Source: Myxococcota bacterium (GTDB lineage Bacteria > Myxococcota > Kuafuiibacteriia > Kuafuiibacteriales > Kuafuiibacteriaceae). Taken from it: a stretch of DNA of 64,000 nucleotides. A program made the translations under genes and the position numbers. The DNA lies in NCBI GenBank assembly GCA_036337945.1, contig JAYZDF010000104.1, positions 15,401-79,400 of the forward strand, in the 5' to 3' direction. The first letter of the stretch is position 1, and each line of letters begins with the position of its first letter. Positions 17,640 through 27,689 of the stretch are shown one piece after another. The notes under the pieces were generated by a model. That model ran no database searches. It saw nothing but the letters and a program-made list of their open reading frames with translations, and had not been told where the DNA came from.

Positions 17640-19568
17640 CTAAACCGTGAGAATTTGTGTGGGTTGGTATGAAATATGCGGTAATTCCCCCGAAGATGCG
17701 CTCAAGAATCTTTGAGCCCATTCCTCAAACATCAAAATAGACCAAAGCGAGGTGGCGTGGTTTCGAAGACCTCGCTGATGCTCTTTCCACATTTTTTGCA
17801 ACCCGCCATGATCCAGTAAACCGCTCCTTCCGCCTGGAGAATCAAAAAAAACACTCTCCGCCCTTTGTCTAAGGCCTCCTCGAAACCATATAGGTAACGG
17901 TACTGTAAACCCACGCTTCTCACGCTCAAACGTTTGGCGAGGAAGAGTGGCTTCTGCAGCTTTCTTAAGAGCGACCTTTGATGACTGTCCTGATAATTTA
18001 TAAGAAGACGGGAGGGTAGCCGCATACTGCACAACATGGTGGTCTAAAAGTGGAACACGAACTTCTAATGCGTGCGCCATTGATGCTCGATCAACCTTTA
18101 CCAAAATATCATCGCAAAGATATAGCTTTAGGTCGATGTACTGCAGACGGCTCAATGGATCTTGAATTTTCGTAGACCGAAGTGTGTCTTCAAAATGAAC
18201 GTAAGGGTCGTAATCGCGAAGCCCGAACAAGAAGTCATTATTCAAAAACAGCGGATAGGACTTTTGAGTAAGTGAAAGAAAATAAGCGCGTTCGTGATCT
18301 TTCGACAAATTGGTGAGAGTGGATTTGGCTCGAAGATAGCGGGGAAGGTAATCAGCTTTGGGGTACAACTTACCAAGACCACCAAACAGATACTTCCGAA
18401 CGGGGCGAGGAATCTTATTTCGGACAAGTGCTTCAGCCATCGCAAACCGATATCTTCTATAGCCAGCAAAATTCTCATCTCCACCGTCTCCGGAAAGTGC
18501 GACAGTAACTCTTTGCCGGGTCGCTTGGCACAGGTAATATGTAGGTATCGCAGAAGAGTCACCAAAGGGCTCGTCATAAAACCAGCTTAAATCGGTAAGC
18601 ACTTTTGTTGAGTCGACCTTCATTACTTTTTCGAAATGTGAGGTTTCAAAATGTTGTGAAGTATCTCGAGCATAATCTCGTTCATCGTACTCTTGCTCTT
18701 CGAATCCTATCGTATGTGTAAGAACCTTTTTGTTATGGCTTTTTGCCATCATGGCGACAATGAAACTGGAATCGATTCCTCCAGAAAGGAATGCTCCCAA
18801 TGGGACATCTGCTCTCAGCCGGAGATCGACTGCCCGCTCGATGTGTTCCAACAAGCCTTCAACCGCTCGATTCATAGACATATCTTGCGGCGAAAATTCA
18901 ACATCCCAGTATTTATGAATGGAGACGCCACTATGATTGACTCGCATCATATGACCAGCCGGAAGGCGGTGAATATCTTGAAGTATAGTTTGCCGGCCTG
19001 GAACATAATTATAAGCAAAATAATCCATAACTGCTTCAGGATTAATCTTTCGGTAAATTTTTGGATCTTCAACTATCGCTTTGAGCTCGGATGCAAAAGT
19101 GAACTGGCCGTTGATTGAGCAATAATAAAGAGGCTTCTTTCCGAGTCGATCGCGAGCAAGAAAAAGCGTTTTTTCTTGGCGATCATAAATAGCAAACGCA
19201 AACATGCCATCAAAATGATGGACGCAATCTGATCCCCATTCACGGTATGCATAAATGATTGTCTCAGTGTCAGAATCAGACTGAAATCTATGCCCTTTCT
19301 TCGTAAGTATCTCACGAAGTTCTCGGTAGTTATAAATTTCTCCATTGAAGACGATACCGATTCGGTTTTCCGAATCCCACATTGGTTGTAAGCCGCCTTC
19401 GAGATCAATGATGGAAAGTCTTCGGTGGCCAAGCCCCACTGACTCATCAAGCCATAGGCCTCCGGCATCCGGACCTCGATGAGCAAGGCTATCGGTCTGA
19501 CGCAATAGTAAGCTCTTCGAGACGGGCTCACTCGAATTAAAGTGAAAGGTACCGACAATGCCGCACAT
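17640..19568 (-). CDS. asparagine synthase (glutamine-hydrolysing) family amidotransferase, exosortase/EPS-associated type
   Basis: The Ntn glutaminase requires Cys as residue 2. MCGIVGTFHF begins at the ATG at 19568, 9 nt after the upstream stop, so the longer track ORF (to 19643) is rejected. Motifs seen: HRGPD, SGGIDSS (PP-loop). The size (642 aa) and the FemAB-like neighbour match the PEP-CTERM-associated amidotransferase class as I remember it (TIGR03108-like). Confidence 0.85.
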   Translation of the reverse strand: MCGIVGTFHFNSSEPVSKSLLLRQTDSLAHRGPDAGGLWLDESVGLGHRRLSIIDLEGGLQPMWDSENRIGIVFNGEIYNYRELREILTKKGHRFQSDSDTETIIYAYREWGSDCVHHFDGMFAFAIYDRQEKTLFLARDRLGKKPLYYCSINGQFTFASELKAIVEDPKIYRKINPEAVMDYFAYNYVPGRQTILQDIHRLPAGHMMRVNHSGVSIHKYWDVEFSPQDMSMNRAVEGLLEHIERAVDLRLRADVPLGAFLSGGIDSSFIVAMMAKSHNKKVLTHTIGFEEQEYDERDYARDTSQHFETSHFEKVMKVDSTKVLTDLSWFYDEPFGDSSAIPTYYLCQATRQRVTVALSGDGGDENFAGYRRYRFAMAEALVRNKIPRPVRKYLFGGLGKLYPKADYLPRYLRAKSTLTNLSKDHERAYFLSLTQKSYPLFLNNDFLFGLRDYDPYVHFEDTLRSTKIQDPLSRLQYIDLKLYLCDDILVKVDRASMAHALEVRVPLLDHHVVQYAATLPSSYKLSGQSSKVALKKAAEATLPRQTFEREKRGFTVPLPIWFRGGLRQRAESVFFDSPGGRSGLLDHGGLQKMWKEHQRGLRNHATSLWSILMFEEWAQRFLSASSGELPHISYQPTQILTV

Positions 19569-19576
19569 GATCTGAT

Positions 19577-20647
19577 CTAAGGAATTCTCCGCTGGATAAT
19601 TGGCCCAAACTTTTGAGTCGCAACCAACGGAAGTTTTCGCCAAAGCCGAATCGCTCGTTCATACTTTGGGTTATTTGGGTTCACCTGAGGAAGCTCCTCT
19701 AGATGGAGTAGATCATATTGATATCGAAGTTCAATGGGTGCCATTCCCATATTTTTTTTGAACCTAAAGGCGCCCGTATTCGCCTTGCTGCGACCAAAAT
19801 CAAAAGTCCGATACCCAAGGTCATAACCGGTCTCAAGCATATGCCAATACATATAATTGTTCACGCCAGCATTACGGGCCTCAGGAAGGGTCCCTGCAAA
19901 AAAAGGCATCATGATATCTTTGTAGTAAAAGTTCAGTACAATCCCAACAATGCGACCTGCTTCACGTATACAAACAAAGTCTGAACGACACTCATCAAGA
20001 GCGTTTCTAAAGAGAGCCTTCGGAAATGTTGGTGTCCCAAGCGCTCGTAATGAAAGTGTATATAGGTCGTAGAAAGGATCGAGAACGTCCCTTGTGTAGA
20101 CTCCTTTAAGGTTTGCTTTTTGCCCTGTTCGTACCACGGCTCGCGTTTTTCGTGGAATCGCTTTCAGTTGCTTATCTCTGTCTCCAAACAATTCTTGTTG
20201 AAAGCGATAATACAGTCCGTCCTTGGTCGGCAGGTCATCAAAAACGGGGGTTTCCGTTTTATACTCAACGTATTCAAGTTTTTCTTTTTCTGCGTATTCG
20301 CGGGCAGCGCTTCGCAAAAGACCCGCGGATTCGCTGTCTTTCGCAAGAATACCACCACCGACCGCTACGGGAACAGAGACCAACGCCCTGGGAAATGGCA
20401 CTGCGCCGACCACAAAGCAGGGTAAGACACCGGTCCATTGCTCCCCTCGCTTCGTAAAAAAATATTTCGCGGTATAGCCATAGGTTTTCTCAATGGTTCG
20501 ACGCCAACACAAAAGGTGAAAGATACTTCCTTGAGAATGCTCATGTACAAAGACATCCCACGGGACGGAGTAGTCGTCTTGAAGCTCAAATAAAGCTACA
20601 GGTGAAGATTCTTCAGACATAGAGGAATTTGGAATACTCAGCACCAA
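19577..20647 (-). CDS. FemAB-like (GNAT-fold) protein, PEP-CTERM-system-associated type
   Basis: PWDVFVHEHSQGSIFHLLCWRRTIEKTYGY...GVLPCFVV...LVSVPVAVGGGIL resembles the FemAB-related family found beside AsnB-like amidotransferases in EPS/exosortase loci (TIGR03019-like, from memory). The start is either the TTG at 20647 or the ATG at 20620. Confidence 0.65.
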   Translation of the reverse strand: MVLSIPNSSMSEESSPVALFELQDDYSVPWDVFVHEHSQGSIFHLLCWRRTIEKTYGYTAKYFFTKRGEQWTGVLPCFVVGAVPFPRALVSVPVAVGGGILAKDSESAGLLRSAAREYAEKEKLEYVEYKTETPVFDDLPTKDGLYYRFQQELFGDRDKQLKAIPRKTRAVVRTGQKANLKGVYTRDVLDPFYDLYTLSLRALGTPTFPKALFRNALDECRSDFVCIREAGRIVGIVLNFYYKDIMMPFFAGTLPEARNAGVNNYMYWHMLETGYDLGYRTFDFGRSKANTGAFRFKKNMGMAPIELRYQYDLLHLEELPQVNPNNPKYERAIRLWRKLPLVATQKFGPIIQRRIP

Positions 20648-20700
20648 GAAGAGTTTATTCTGGATTTAGGCTGCCAACAAGCAACGTCGGAATAATACTC

Positions 20701-23700
20701 TTATGGATTGATTTGTCGCCACCAAAGCTTCAACACTGGAATCTCTTCCTTCTCTCTTGTTTTCTTTTGAGTCGTGGCCGCAACCAGGCCGCCACTGGCA
20801 TTATCAACAGGATTATTAAATCCGGCATGTATAACGCCACTCTCCGCGTCATGAGCGATTCCCGTCAGTTGGCCATTGGGGGTATTAACGTTTGCACCTG
20901 GACGGATGACGAAAGCATTAAGGTTATCTGAGTTGTCAGTGTTCAGACCTTGAGTACAGTCATCAAAGTAAATGCCATAGATACGACCTTCACCAACACC
21001 GCAAGTGTTGCTGTCAGGAGCATAGCTCGTGAAGAGGAAAGAGCCTCCTCCCAAGACCGGGTCAAAAATTACCTTTTCGCCCTGAGGGAGTTTCATGACT
21101 CCATAACCACCTCGGGCTCCTTCGTTAACAAAAGGCGAACCGGGAATGTTTGAGCCACAAGCGTCCTCAATCCGTGCTAAATTTCGTGGGTCATCAACAT
21201 CGGAGCCATCCATAACCATGGGAGCTGTATCGATAACTTTGAACACATAATTTTGTTCGTTTACGTCTTGCACATCTTCATAGTTGCCCGTGGCAAAGAA
21301 TAATGTGAGTCGGCCCGCGGGATCATAAGTCGCAACTAACTTGGTGTAGGAGAGAATATTTGCAGTGTCTTGATGAACTTGAGTGACTGCGCGTCGTCCA
21401 TCGAAGAATTTTCGAACAGTCATGCCTTGGCTTGGGTCTGAGTTTGTAAAACGTACCTTATAAATATCAGCTTCGGTTGTGAGAATGTAGCAGGTGTCTA
21501 CATAACTGTCTCCACTGGCATCGATACAGGTTGGTGTTCCAGCAAAATCCGCATCCGCCAACTCGCTCGCGGGACTATGCCAATAGGCTCCGTCTTCAAG
21601 GCCCACGACAAGCAAGCTGCCGGCTCGATTACCCGCTGCGCCTCCGATGAGGGCTTCTTGCATCCCGCCACCCATGACACCGACGTAGTACGGCATAGCA
21701 ACGCCGTTTACGACTCGCTTTACGCGATGAATTTGTGGTCTAGAAGTCGTGGTCACTCGAGCGGTTGGGGCACTCGCGCTATTTCCGGTCGTATTTGTTT
21801 GACGAGTAAATTCACGCTCCCAAAGAAGTTGAGGATTGTAGGGATTAGTTACATCCATGGCGAAACAACCTGGTCCCCCAATTCCAAGACACTGCAACAG
21901 AACAGTTCGGTATTCCCAATCGTTACAGTTGTTCGTGTCGTGCCGATTACATATCGACGCAGCATTAGTTGCAGGACTGATGTTGCCTTTGGTGAAAAGG
22001 ACGTCGGACACCACTGGCGACCCATCGATCATGTAAAAGTGGCCTGCTTTTAAATATCCCCAAGACTCTTGGAGCATTCCCGGTGAATAAGCCCAAAGCT
22101 CCTGGCCATGACAGCGCTCTCGATCAGCACCTGTACAATCACTAGCGATTTTATCATACTCAATCGCAACCTTGTTTTCGGTGTCATATTGGCCGGTCGT
22201 CTCACCAACTAAGAATGCATGCAAAAATCCATCATTACCACCGACGTAAACGACACGATCTCTCGTACCCACCGTTTGGTCATTAGCGGCGTTGCTAATT
22301 GACGCACTCACATTGCCGCTGCTGCGTGGGATATTCATTTCCAAGAAATGTCGCCACCGCTTCAAATCTTCAGCAAGCCCGGTTGGAGCACCAACAATGA
22401 CGGGCCGACTATTCGCGATATCGGCAATCTTGAAATGCCGATCGAGACACGCTTGATTCCGTGGATTCTGCGAATCATTAACATCTGTGTTCCCGGCGCT
22501 GTTTGTAGTGTCCGGTGCTCCATCGTTGTTTGCATCAGTGCAGCATCCACTCGGAGAATTGGGTGCCGCATCGCTATCGCAATCCCAATCACCTCGGAAA
22601 GGGCCGCTTTCAAGTTTCGCGACAGGATTACCGGTGAGATAAGCGATGTCATTGTATTTGAGATTTAGTTGACGGAATAGGCGTAAGTTTCCTGGTGAAC
22701 TTCCTGTAATATCTTGCGTCAGCCGATTTGCACCAATTCCGTGTTGAAAAGGTGTGTCAATAGGAATCATCGAGGCGTCATTACCTGTGCAACGATCGCC
22801 TGAGTGTCCCGCAAAGTCACCACAATTGAATTCACCCGGGGGTGCATTAGAACTGCTAGCCCCTACACCCTGTGGATAACTCGTAAGCATCCGGCGGTTG
22901 AAGTTATGCAATTGCTCTAGCACCTGACCCATGCTCACTGTTTCCCTATGAGCACCTTGTTCACCCGGAAGCGGGGTAGATTCTCCGTTGTCATCGAGCT
23001 TTATCCATGAAACATCTCCAGGACGTCCAAAGTTACACAGACCAAAAGGAACACCCGTGCAGTTCGGAATGGTGAAAGAGGAATACACAATATGTTCACC
23101 GAAACGGCTGATACTCGGAGTGGCACCAATATAATCACCTGGCGACAAGAGCTCCATGACCTGAGTAAACGCCGCTTTCAAAACCGAAAGGTCGCTGATT
23201 GCGCCACCCGGTGCACCTTCAAATGCTTCCGTAATTCCATCGTTGCCGAAACCGCCCTCGCCTTGCTGACCATCGAAGCCCCAGTCAGCGACGCGATCCG
23301 CATCATCTTTTTCCGATACGCCAAAGTGAATCGCAAAGACTTGGTTGGCAAATTGTTGTCCTTGCGTACACGTCGGGTCATTGCCCTGAGGTGGACCAGG
23401 ATTCCCGTTCGAATCAAAAACGACGCAAGAAAGATCGAGATTCCCTTCTTGGCTACGCATATTGAAAATTTGGCCCGCTGACGCGCCATTGGATAAACCG
23501 TTCCAACCGTTGTCACCACCATGGCCGTCCTGAAGCATAATGGTAAAGTTTCTACGGCATCCGCCACCGGTCGTTCCGTTCGGTGCGTTAATCAGAACGT
23601 TCGTTTGATCTTGATCAATGACCTGATTGTCGTTTGGCGGAAAACCTCCAGGGATGTAGCGATTCGGTGCGCCATACTGGCGCTGACTAGAGATAAGCTG

Positions 23701-24360
23701 AGGACTCGTTTGAGGAGGTGAAATTCCCGGTTTCCAGTAGTCGTGAACATATTGTAGCGCACGAGCCTGCCGACTCTCGGCATTAGAAGCACTGGTTGAT
23801 CCCCGTTGAGGCATCCAACTGTTGAGTCCGTAATAACAGGTGTTGGAATTACCAGGTAAAATTTCAAAACACCCCATCCCAAAATCAATCATGGTTTTTT
23901 GGGCTCTTTCATTGTCCGAAGTTGGGTCGATAGCAAGTCGGGGACCGGTGCCGTCATACCACGTCAGGCCCCACCGATAACCACGATATACATCCATGAT
24001 GCCATCGGTCGAAACACGTGCGTCAGAATTCGCGACACGACCGTTGGAGTTCCAACCCCACCCTCCGGTCAGAACTTGGCGAGCTAACTGGAGTCGCGTT
24101 TCACCTCGGCGATAAATATGTGCATCGTCGTGACCGTCGGAATGACCATTTCTGGTGTGACAAAGACCGCGACAAGTCTCACCATTAATCAACGTTGTTC
24201 GAGTTGCATCCATCACCACCATGATGTTGGGTGCAGGTCGAACAGCAACGGTCGGGTCGTAAGGAACTTGAGCCTGCGCAATACTCGAACCAAATCCAGC
24301 AAAGCAGGTTACGATGATAAGTTCTCTGAAGGTACGGATATTTTTATTCTGAGTTTTCAT
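20701..24360 (-). CDS. pilY1: type IV pilus tip-associated adhesin PilY1-like
   Basis: 1219 aa with a signal peptide. The N-terminal vWA-like start is PNIMVVMDATRTT. The beta-propeller signature VYVGGNDGFLHAF is present. A Ca-site-like DANNDGAPD lies at 22510..22536. It sits immediately downstream of four prepilin-type genes. Confidence 0.8.
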   Translation of the reverse strand: MKTQNKNIRTFRELIIVTCFAGFGSSIAQAQVPYDPTVAVRPAPNIMVVMDATRTTLINGETCRGLCHTRNGHSDGHDDAHIYRRGETRLQLARQVLTGGWGWNSNGRVANSDARVSTDGIMDVYRGYRWGLTWYDGTGPRLAIDPTSDNERAQKTMIDFGMGCFEILPGNSNTCYYGLNSWMPQRGSTSASNAESRQARALQYVHDYWKPGISPPQTSPQLISSQRQYGAPNRYIPGGFPPNDNQVIDQDQTNVLINAPNGTTGGGCRRNFTIMLQDGHGGDNGWNGLSNGASAGQIFNMRSQEGNLDLSCVVFDSNGNPGPPQGNDPTCTQGQQFANQVFAIHFGVSEKDDADRVADWGFDGQQGEGGFGNDGITEAFEGAPGGAISDLSVLKAAFTQVMELLSPGDYIGATPSISRFGEHIVYSSFTIPNCTGVPFGLCNFGRPGDVSWIKLDDNGESTPLPGEQGAHRETVSMGQVLEQLHNFNRRMLTSYPQGVGASSSNAPPGEFNCGDFAGHSGDRCTGNDASMIPIDTPFQHGIGANRLTQDITGSSPGNLRLFRQLNLKYNDIAYLTGNPVAKLESGPFRGDWDCDSDAAPNSPSGCCTDANNDGAPDTTNSAGNTDVNDSQNPRNQACLDRHFKIADIANSRPVIVGAPTGLAEDLKRWRHFLEMNIPRSSGNVSASISNAANDQTVGTRDRVVYVGGNDGFLHAFLVGETTGQYDTENKVAIEYDKIASDCTGADRERCHGQELWAYSPGMLQESWGYLKAGHFYMIDGSPVVSDVLFTKGNISPATNAASICNRHDTNNCNDWEYRTVLLQCLGIGGPGCFAMDVTNPYNPQLLWEREFTRQTNTTGNSASAPTARVTTTSRPQIHRVKRVVNGVAMPYYVGVMGGGMQEALIGGAAGNRAGSLLVVGLEDGAYWHSPASELADADFAGTPTCIDASGDSYVDTCYILTTEADIYKVRFTNSDPSQGMTVRKFFDGRRAVTQVHQDTANILSYTKLVATYDPAGRLTLFFATGNYEDVQDVNEQNYVFKVIDTAPMVMDGSDVDDPRNLARIEDACGSNIPGSPFVNEGARGGYGVMKLPQGEKVIFDPVLGGGSFLFTSYAPDSNTCGVGEGRIYGIYFDDCTQGLNTDNSDNLNAFVIRPGANVNTPNGQLTGIAHDAESGVIHAGFNNPVDNASGGLVAATTQKKTREKEEIPVLKLWWRQINP

Positions 24361-24367
24361 CTATCTT

Positions 24368-24907
24368 TTAATCCATGTTGTAACTTTGGCTACCGGACGT
24401 CACGAGCTTCAAACCCGAGGTCACACCGTATTCGCCACCATACTGAACGACAGTATTGCCCACGTTAGCTGGAACGGCATAGGAACGAATCTCCCAAATA
24501 ACTGTCTGCACAGAGGCGCTACCGACTTGCTGACCCGCGGGCGGAGGGCCGCTTGCCAAATAAGGCTCTGATGTCGCGGCGTACTGCATCACGCCAGCCA
24601 GATCGAATTCGTCCACGTTAGCAGCATTCGGCGAGGGCCAAGGTGTCCAATCGATATTTACATTCACCGCGCTCATAGGGTCGTTCTTCGCCGTCTCAAT
24701 CTGTGCCATGCGATGAACTGCACCCGCAGCGGCCGCGCGGCTCACCATTATATTTTTATTGAAGCGTCGAAATGAACGGGTATCAGATTCAACCATCTTC
24801 AGTCCGAAGAGCCCACCCGACATCAAAATGGTCAGAAGCATCAAGACTAGAATCATTACGAATCCTTGCTTACTGTGGTTCTTTGTTTTCATACTTGAGT
24901 TCCTCAC
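24368..24907 (-). CDS. pilX: PilX-like minor pilin
   Basis: The N-terminus KQGFVMILVLMLLTILMSGG is a hydrophobic prepilin-like helix lacking Glu5, as in PilX. Its position between the pilW-like gene and pilY1 fits. Its start overlaps the pilW-like stop by 4 nt. Confidence 0.55.
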   Translation of the reverse strand: MRNSSMKTKNHSKQGFVMILVLMLLTILMSGGLFGLKMVESDTRSFRRFNKNIMVSRAAAAGAVHRMAQIETAKNDPMSAVNVNIDWTPWPSPNAANVDEFDLAGVMQYAATSEPYLASGPPPAGQQVGSASVQTVIWEIRSYAVPANVGNTVVQYGGEYGVTSGLKLVTSGSQSYNMD

Positions 24908-26214
24908 GGGATGTAGCTCCGAATATTGGCAGAGGCTAGATTGGGGTCTGCCATCAGATCAAAAAATCGAAGATTCTTTAGGTCAGAGGTGAAACGTACC
25001 GTTCGACGAAAATATCGGTTGTCGTAACAACTTAGCGGGTCCTGACAACCCGCTTCAGCGTTTTGAGGTAGTGCTCTATCTTCTAGATTCGCTGGCCGAT
25101 TATTCGGCCGAAACTCCTGATCTGCTCGAGGCGTCCGCAATATCGCACTCACGCGAACTTGACGCATTTCCGCGAGCTGTTGAGGACCCCCGAATTGAGT
25201 TCCGGCTTGTCCTAAAGCTGGATCACCGTAAATCCACTGGGCGGGGTTGGTCGCTTCAGTATTGGTAAAATAGGCGAACTGGAGATCTTCGACACCTTCG
25301 GCAACAACAATATCTCGCTGAGGATCTATTCTCGCTACGAAATCTGTATCACCGGCGCTGGGGCTGATGGCATCATTTCCTGCGGGAAAGGCAGAGCCCG
25401 CACGCCACAGACGAAGTCGCGCTCCGCGATCGACCCAATAGGCGACCGGACGAACGCAAATAACTTGAGAACCGGGGCCTGCGCCGCTCGGGGGAACAAC
25501 GTTCGAATTTCTGGCGGCTGGGTTTTGAGGGTCAAGTCCGAATGTATTCGCAATGAAGATATTGCCAGGCACGCCAACGGTTGTATCAACCAAACTAATT
25601 GGATTCACGCCCAGCAAAAAAGAGCCGACGGTTCCTGAGCTCATATTCGAAAACAAAAGCAAGCCATCGGAAATATTGTCGCCATCAATATCCCGATTTG
25701 CGCAAGATAGCTTGCGTGGATTAGCCATGGTGAAACCAAGCGCCAAATTCGGAATCGCAGCCGGAACATGCGTTTCGCCCGCAGCGTTGAGCGGAATAGA
25801 AGTAGAATCGCTTTCGTAGCGAATGAGGGTAATAATATCAGTACCCGGCATAGGGTCGATCAACTCAGTCCCATTCACGCCGATATTGTTCGTGGGGCGG
25901 ATTGAAGGAACACCATAGTTCGCAAACGTGACCTCGTTTGCCTGACCAGAAAAAGCGGTATTTGGCGCACCAACCCAAAAACTTGTTCCAAAACCTGCAC
26001 TGTCTAAATCACGCCGTAATTGCTGAAAAATAAGGGCAGAGGACGCATTCATCTTGCCGACTTCAGTTTGCGTTCTAATCGACGACATTTGATAGCGCGC
26101 AAACGCAAAAGCAGCGGTGACCGCAAAAGCGGCGATTCCAGCCGCCACAATGACTTCAACAAGGGTGTAACCGGCTTGCGAACGACGCGGGAAATTTCGA
26201 AGCGAATTTGTCAT
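24904..26214 (-). CDS. pilW: PilW-like minor pilin
   Basis: Prepilin cleavage/methylation motif QAG-YTLVEVIVAAGIAAF with Glu5. The size (436 aa) and operon position fit PilW. Confidence 0.6.
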   Translation of the reverse strand: MTNSLRNFPRRSQAGYTLVEVIVAAGIAAFAVTAAFAFARYQMSSIRTQTEVGKMNASSALIFQQLRRDLDSAGFGTSFWVGAPNTAFSGQANEVTFANYGVPSIRPTNNIGVNGTELIDPMPGTDIITLIRYESDSTSIPLNAAGETHVPAAIPNLALGFTMANPRKLSCANRDIDGDNISDGLLLFSNMSSGTVGSFLLGVNPISLVDTTVGVPGNIFIANTFGLDPQNPAARNSNVVPPSGAGPGSQVICVRPVAYWVDRGARLRLWRAGSAFPAGNDAISPSAGDTDFVARIDPQRDIVVAEGVEDLQFAYFTNTEATNPAQWIYGDPALGQAGTQFGGPQQLAEMRQVRVSAILRTPRADQEFRPNNRPANLEDRALPQNAEAGCQDPLSCYDNRYFRRTVRFTSDLKNLRFFDLMADPNLASANIRSYIP

Positions 26215-26215
26215 A

Positions 26216-26821
26216 TCAATTGTACCCTCGAACGTTACAACTTGTTGAGCCAGGCGGGCAGGACACCCCGTGCGAGTAACTCCGGCGAACCGCCATCCGA
26301 ATCGGAGCGATTAACGGACCTCCTTGTTCTGCGTTATCGACTTCTATCAAGATTTCGATGCCACCAGGTCCCACGAGATTTGTGTTGCCGGGAACGGGTG
26401 ATTGACACTCTGTGCATTGATTAACCACATATCTCGCTTGAAACGCGGCTACGAGGCCAGCCGGTGGCGAACTACCGTTGAGAGATTCATAGCTTCCGGA
26501 AACGAATTCCCCTACGGACACAATAGAGCTTCCCACCACGGGATTCATGACGGGCTGTCCGGTCACTTGCAAACCCGGGTCATAGTCTGTGGGCGACCGC
26601 AATTCAGCGTCACTAATTTCGGCCATAAGTCGAGTAGCAATAGCTACGGCTTCCTGATTCGATGCGAGTCCCTTGTTGTTTTGAATAAATACGCCAATCA
26701 ATTTCAAGGACAGCATGGAGCCGATTCCTAGAATCGCGAGAGCGACAAGAACCTCAATTAACGAAAAACCGCGGCGAGTGGATTTTTTGAATGATGTCCT
26801 CACGACCTTTTCCTCCATCAT
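26216..26821 (-). CDS. pilV: PilV-like minor pilin
   Basis: Prepilin motif RRG-FSLIEVLVALAILGIG. I chose the ATG at 26821 because it forms an ATGA overlap with the stop of the upstream fimT-like gene. The track's longer ORF (to 26869) would overlap that gene by 52 nt. Confidence 0.6.
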   Translation of the reverse strand: MMEEKVVRTSFKKSTRRGFSLIEVLVALAILGIGSMLSLKLIGVFIQNNKGLASNQEAVAIATRLMAEISDAELRSPTDYDPGLQVTGQPVMNPVVGSSIVSVGEFVSGSYESLNGSSPPAGLVAAFQARYVVNQCTECQSPVPGNTNLVGPGGIEILIEVDNAEQGGPLIAPIRMAVRRSYSHGVSCPPGSTSCNVRGYN

Positions 26822-27582
26822 GTGTTGCACCGCCCAACAAATTCGGGTTCGCGTCCAGCTTCGATACAAGCGACACCCGAGGGGAAGATAAGAATGTTTT
26901 CGTCGCGGTTTGTAATCGCCAGCGTCTGGCCTTCCTCATGCTCACGCATAGGAACAGAAATGACACCATCATTTAGAGCACCTGGGCCCGTGGCACTAAT
27001 GAAGCCGCGACTGTCGAAGGTTATATTCAGCCGGTTTCCAACCAATCCTTCGGCCAAACTACGATTGAAAATGACCGCATTGCGATAAGCCTCAGGATAA
27101 CTGAAAGTCTTGCATCGAATTTCGTAGGTTGGTGGCTGAGGAACGCCATTGAGTGCGGGCGCGAACTGCCGAACAACGTCCGTTACGAAGGTCACGCTAT
27201 GACCTGGCGTATCACTGGGCATATTGAGATTCCAACCTCCGGCAATATCATTCATGTCGACTTGAATTCCGGCTCGAAAGCCGCCGGTAAAAGGATCCTC
27301 AAAAGCCACAGGGCATGCGCCAGGTTGCCCGGGAGGAGGAGAAGAAACTCTTGGCGTCCCAGACGCTGAACCAAGCAACAAAGCATTCGCTTGAGCCAAG
27401 CGAACTTGACCAATGAAGTTGTTCTTCGCGGTCACGGCCCGCCTTTGTCTTTGAACACCAAAAAGGGATGCCTGGGCTACGCCAATGAGGACCAGAATGA
27501 CCCCCATAGCGACCATAACCTCTACTAGTGTAAACCCTTTACTGGAGGGACCTGGACTTTTTCCCTGCATTACATGTTTCAT
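26818..27582 (-). CDS. FimT/FimU (GspH)-like minor pilin
   Basis: Prepilin motif SKG-FTLVEVMVAMGVIL. It is the first gene of the minor-pilin array. Confidence 0.55.
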   Translation of the reverse strand: MKHVMQGKSPGPSSKGFTLVEVMVAMGVILVLIGVAQASLFGVQRQRRAVTAKNNFIGQVRLAQANALLLGSASGTPRVSSPPPGQPGACPVAFEDPFTGGFRAGIQVDMNDIAGGWNLNMPSDTPGHSVTFVTDVVRQFAPALNGVPQPPTYEIRCKTFSYPEAYRNAVIFNRSLAEGLVGNRLNITFDSRGFISATGPGALNDGVISVPMREHEEGQTLAITNRDENILIFPSGVACIEAGREPEFVGRCNT

Positions 27583-27689
27583 GTCTTGCAGATCTTACGC
27601 CATACAGGATGATTACGCGAAAACTTTGCCAAACTGCAATGGAGTGCACCAGCTGCGCAAAAGTTCTCCGGTTCGAGCCTCGATTCAAA

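Noticed and set aside
19569-19643. The N-terminal 25-codon extension of the AsnB-like ORF (MAKTSVGCDSKVW...)
   Set aside because: Class II glutamine amidotransferases need Cys directly after the initiator Met, and MCGIVG starts at 19568. The extension would also overlap the stop of the upstream FemAB-like gene.
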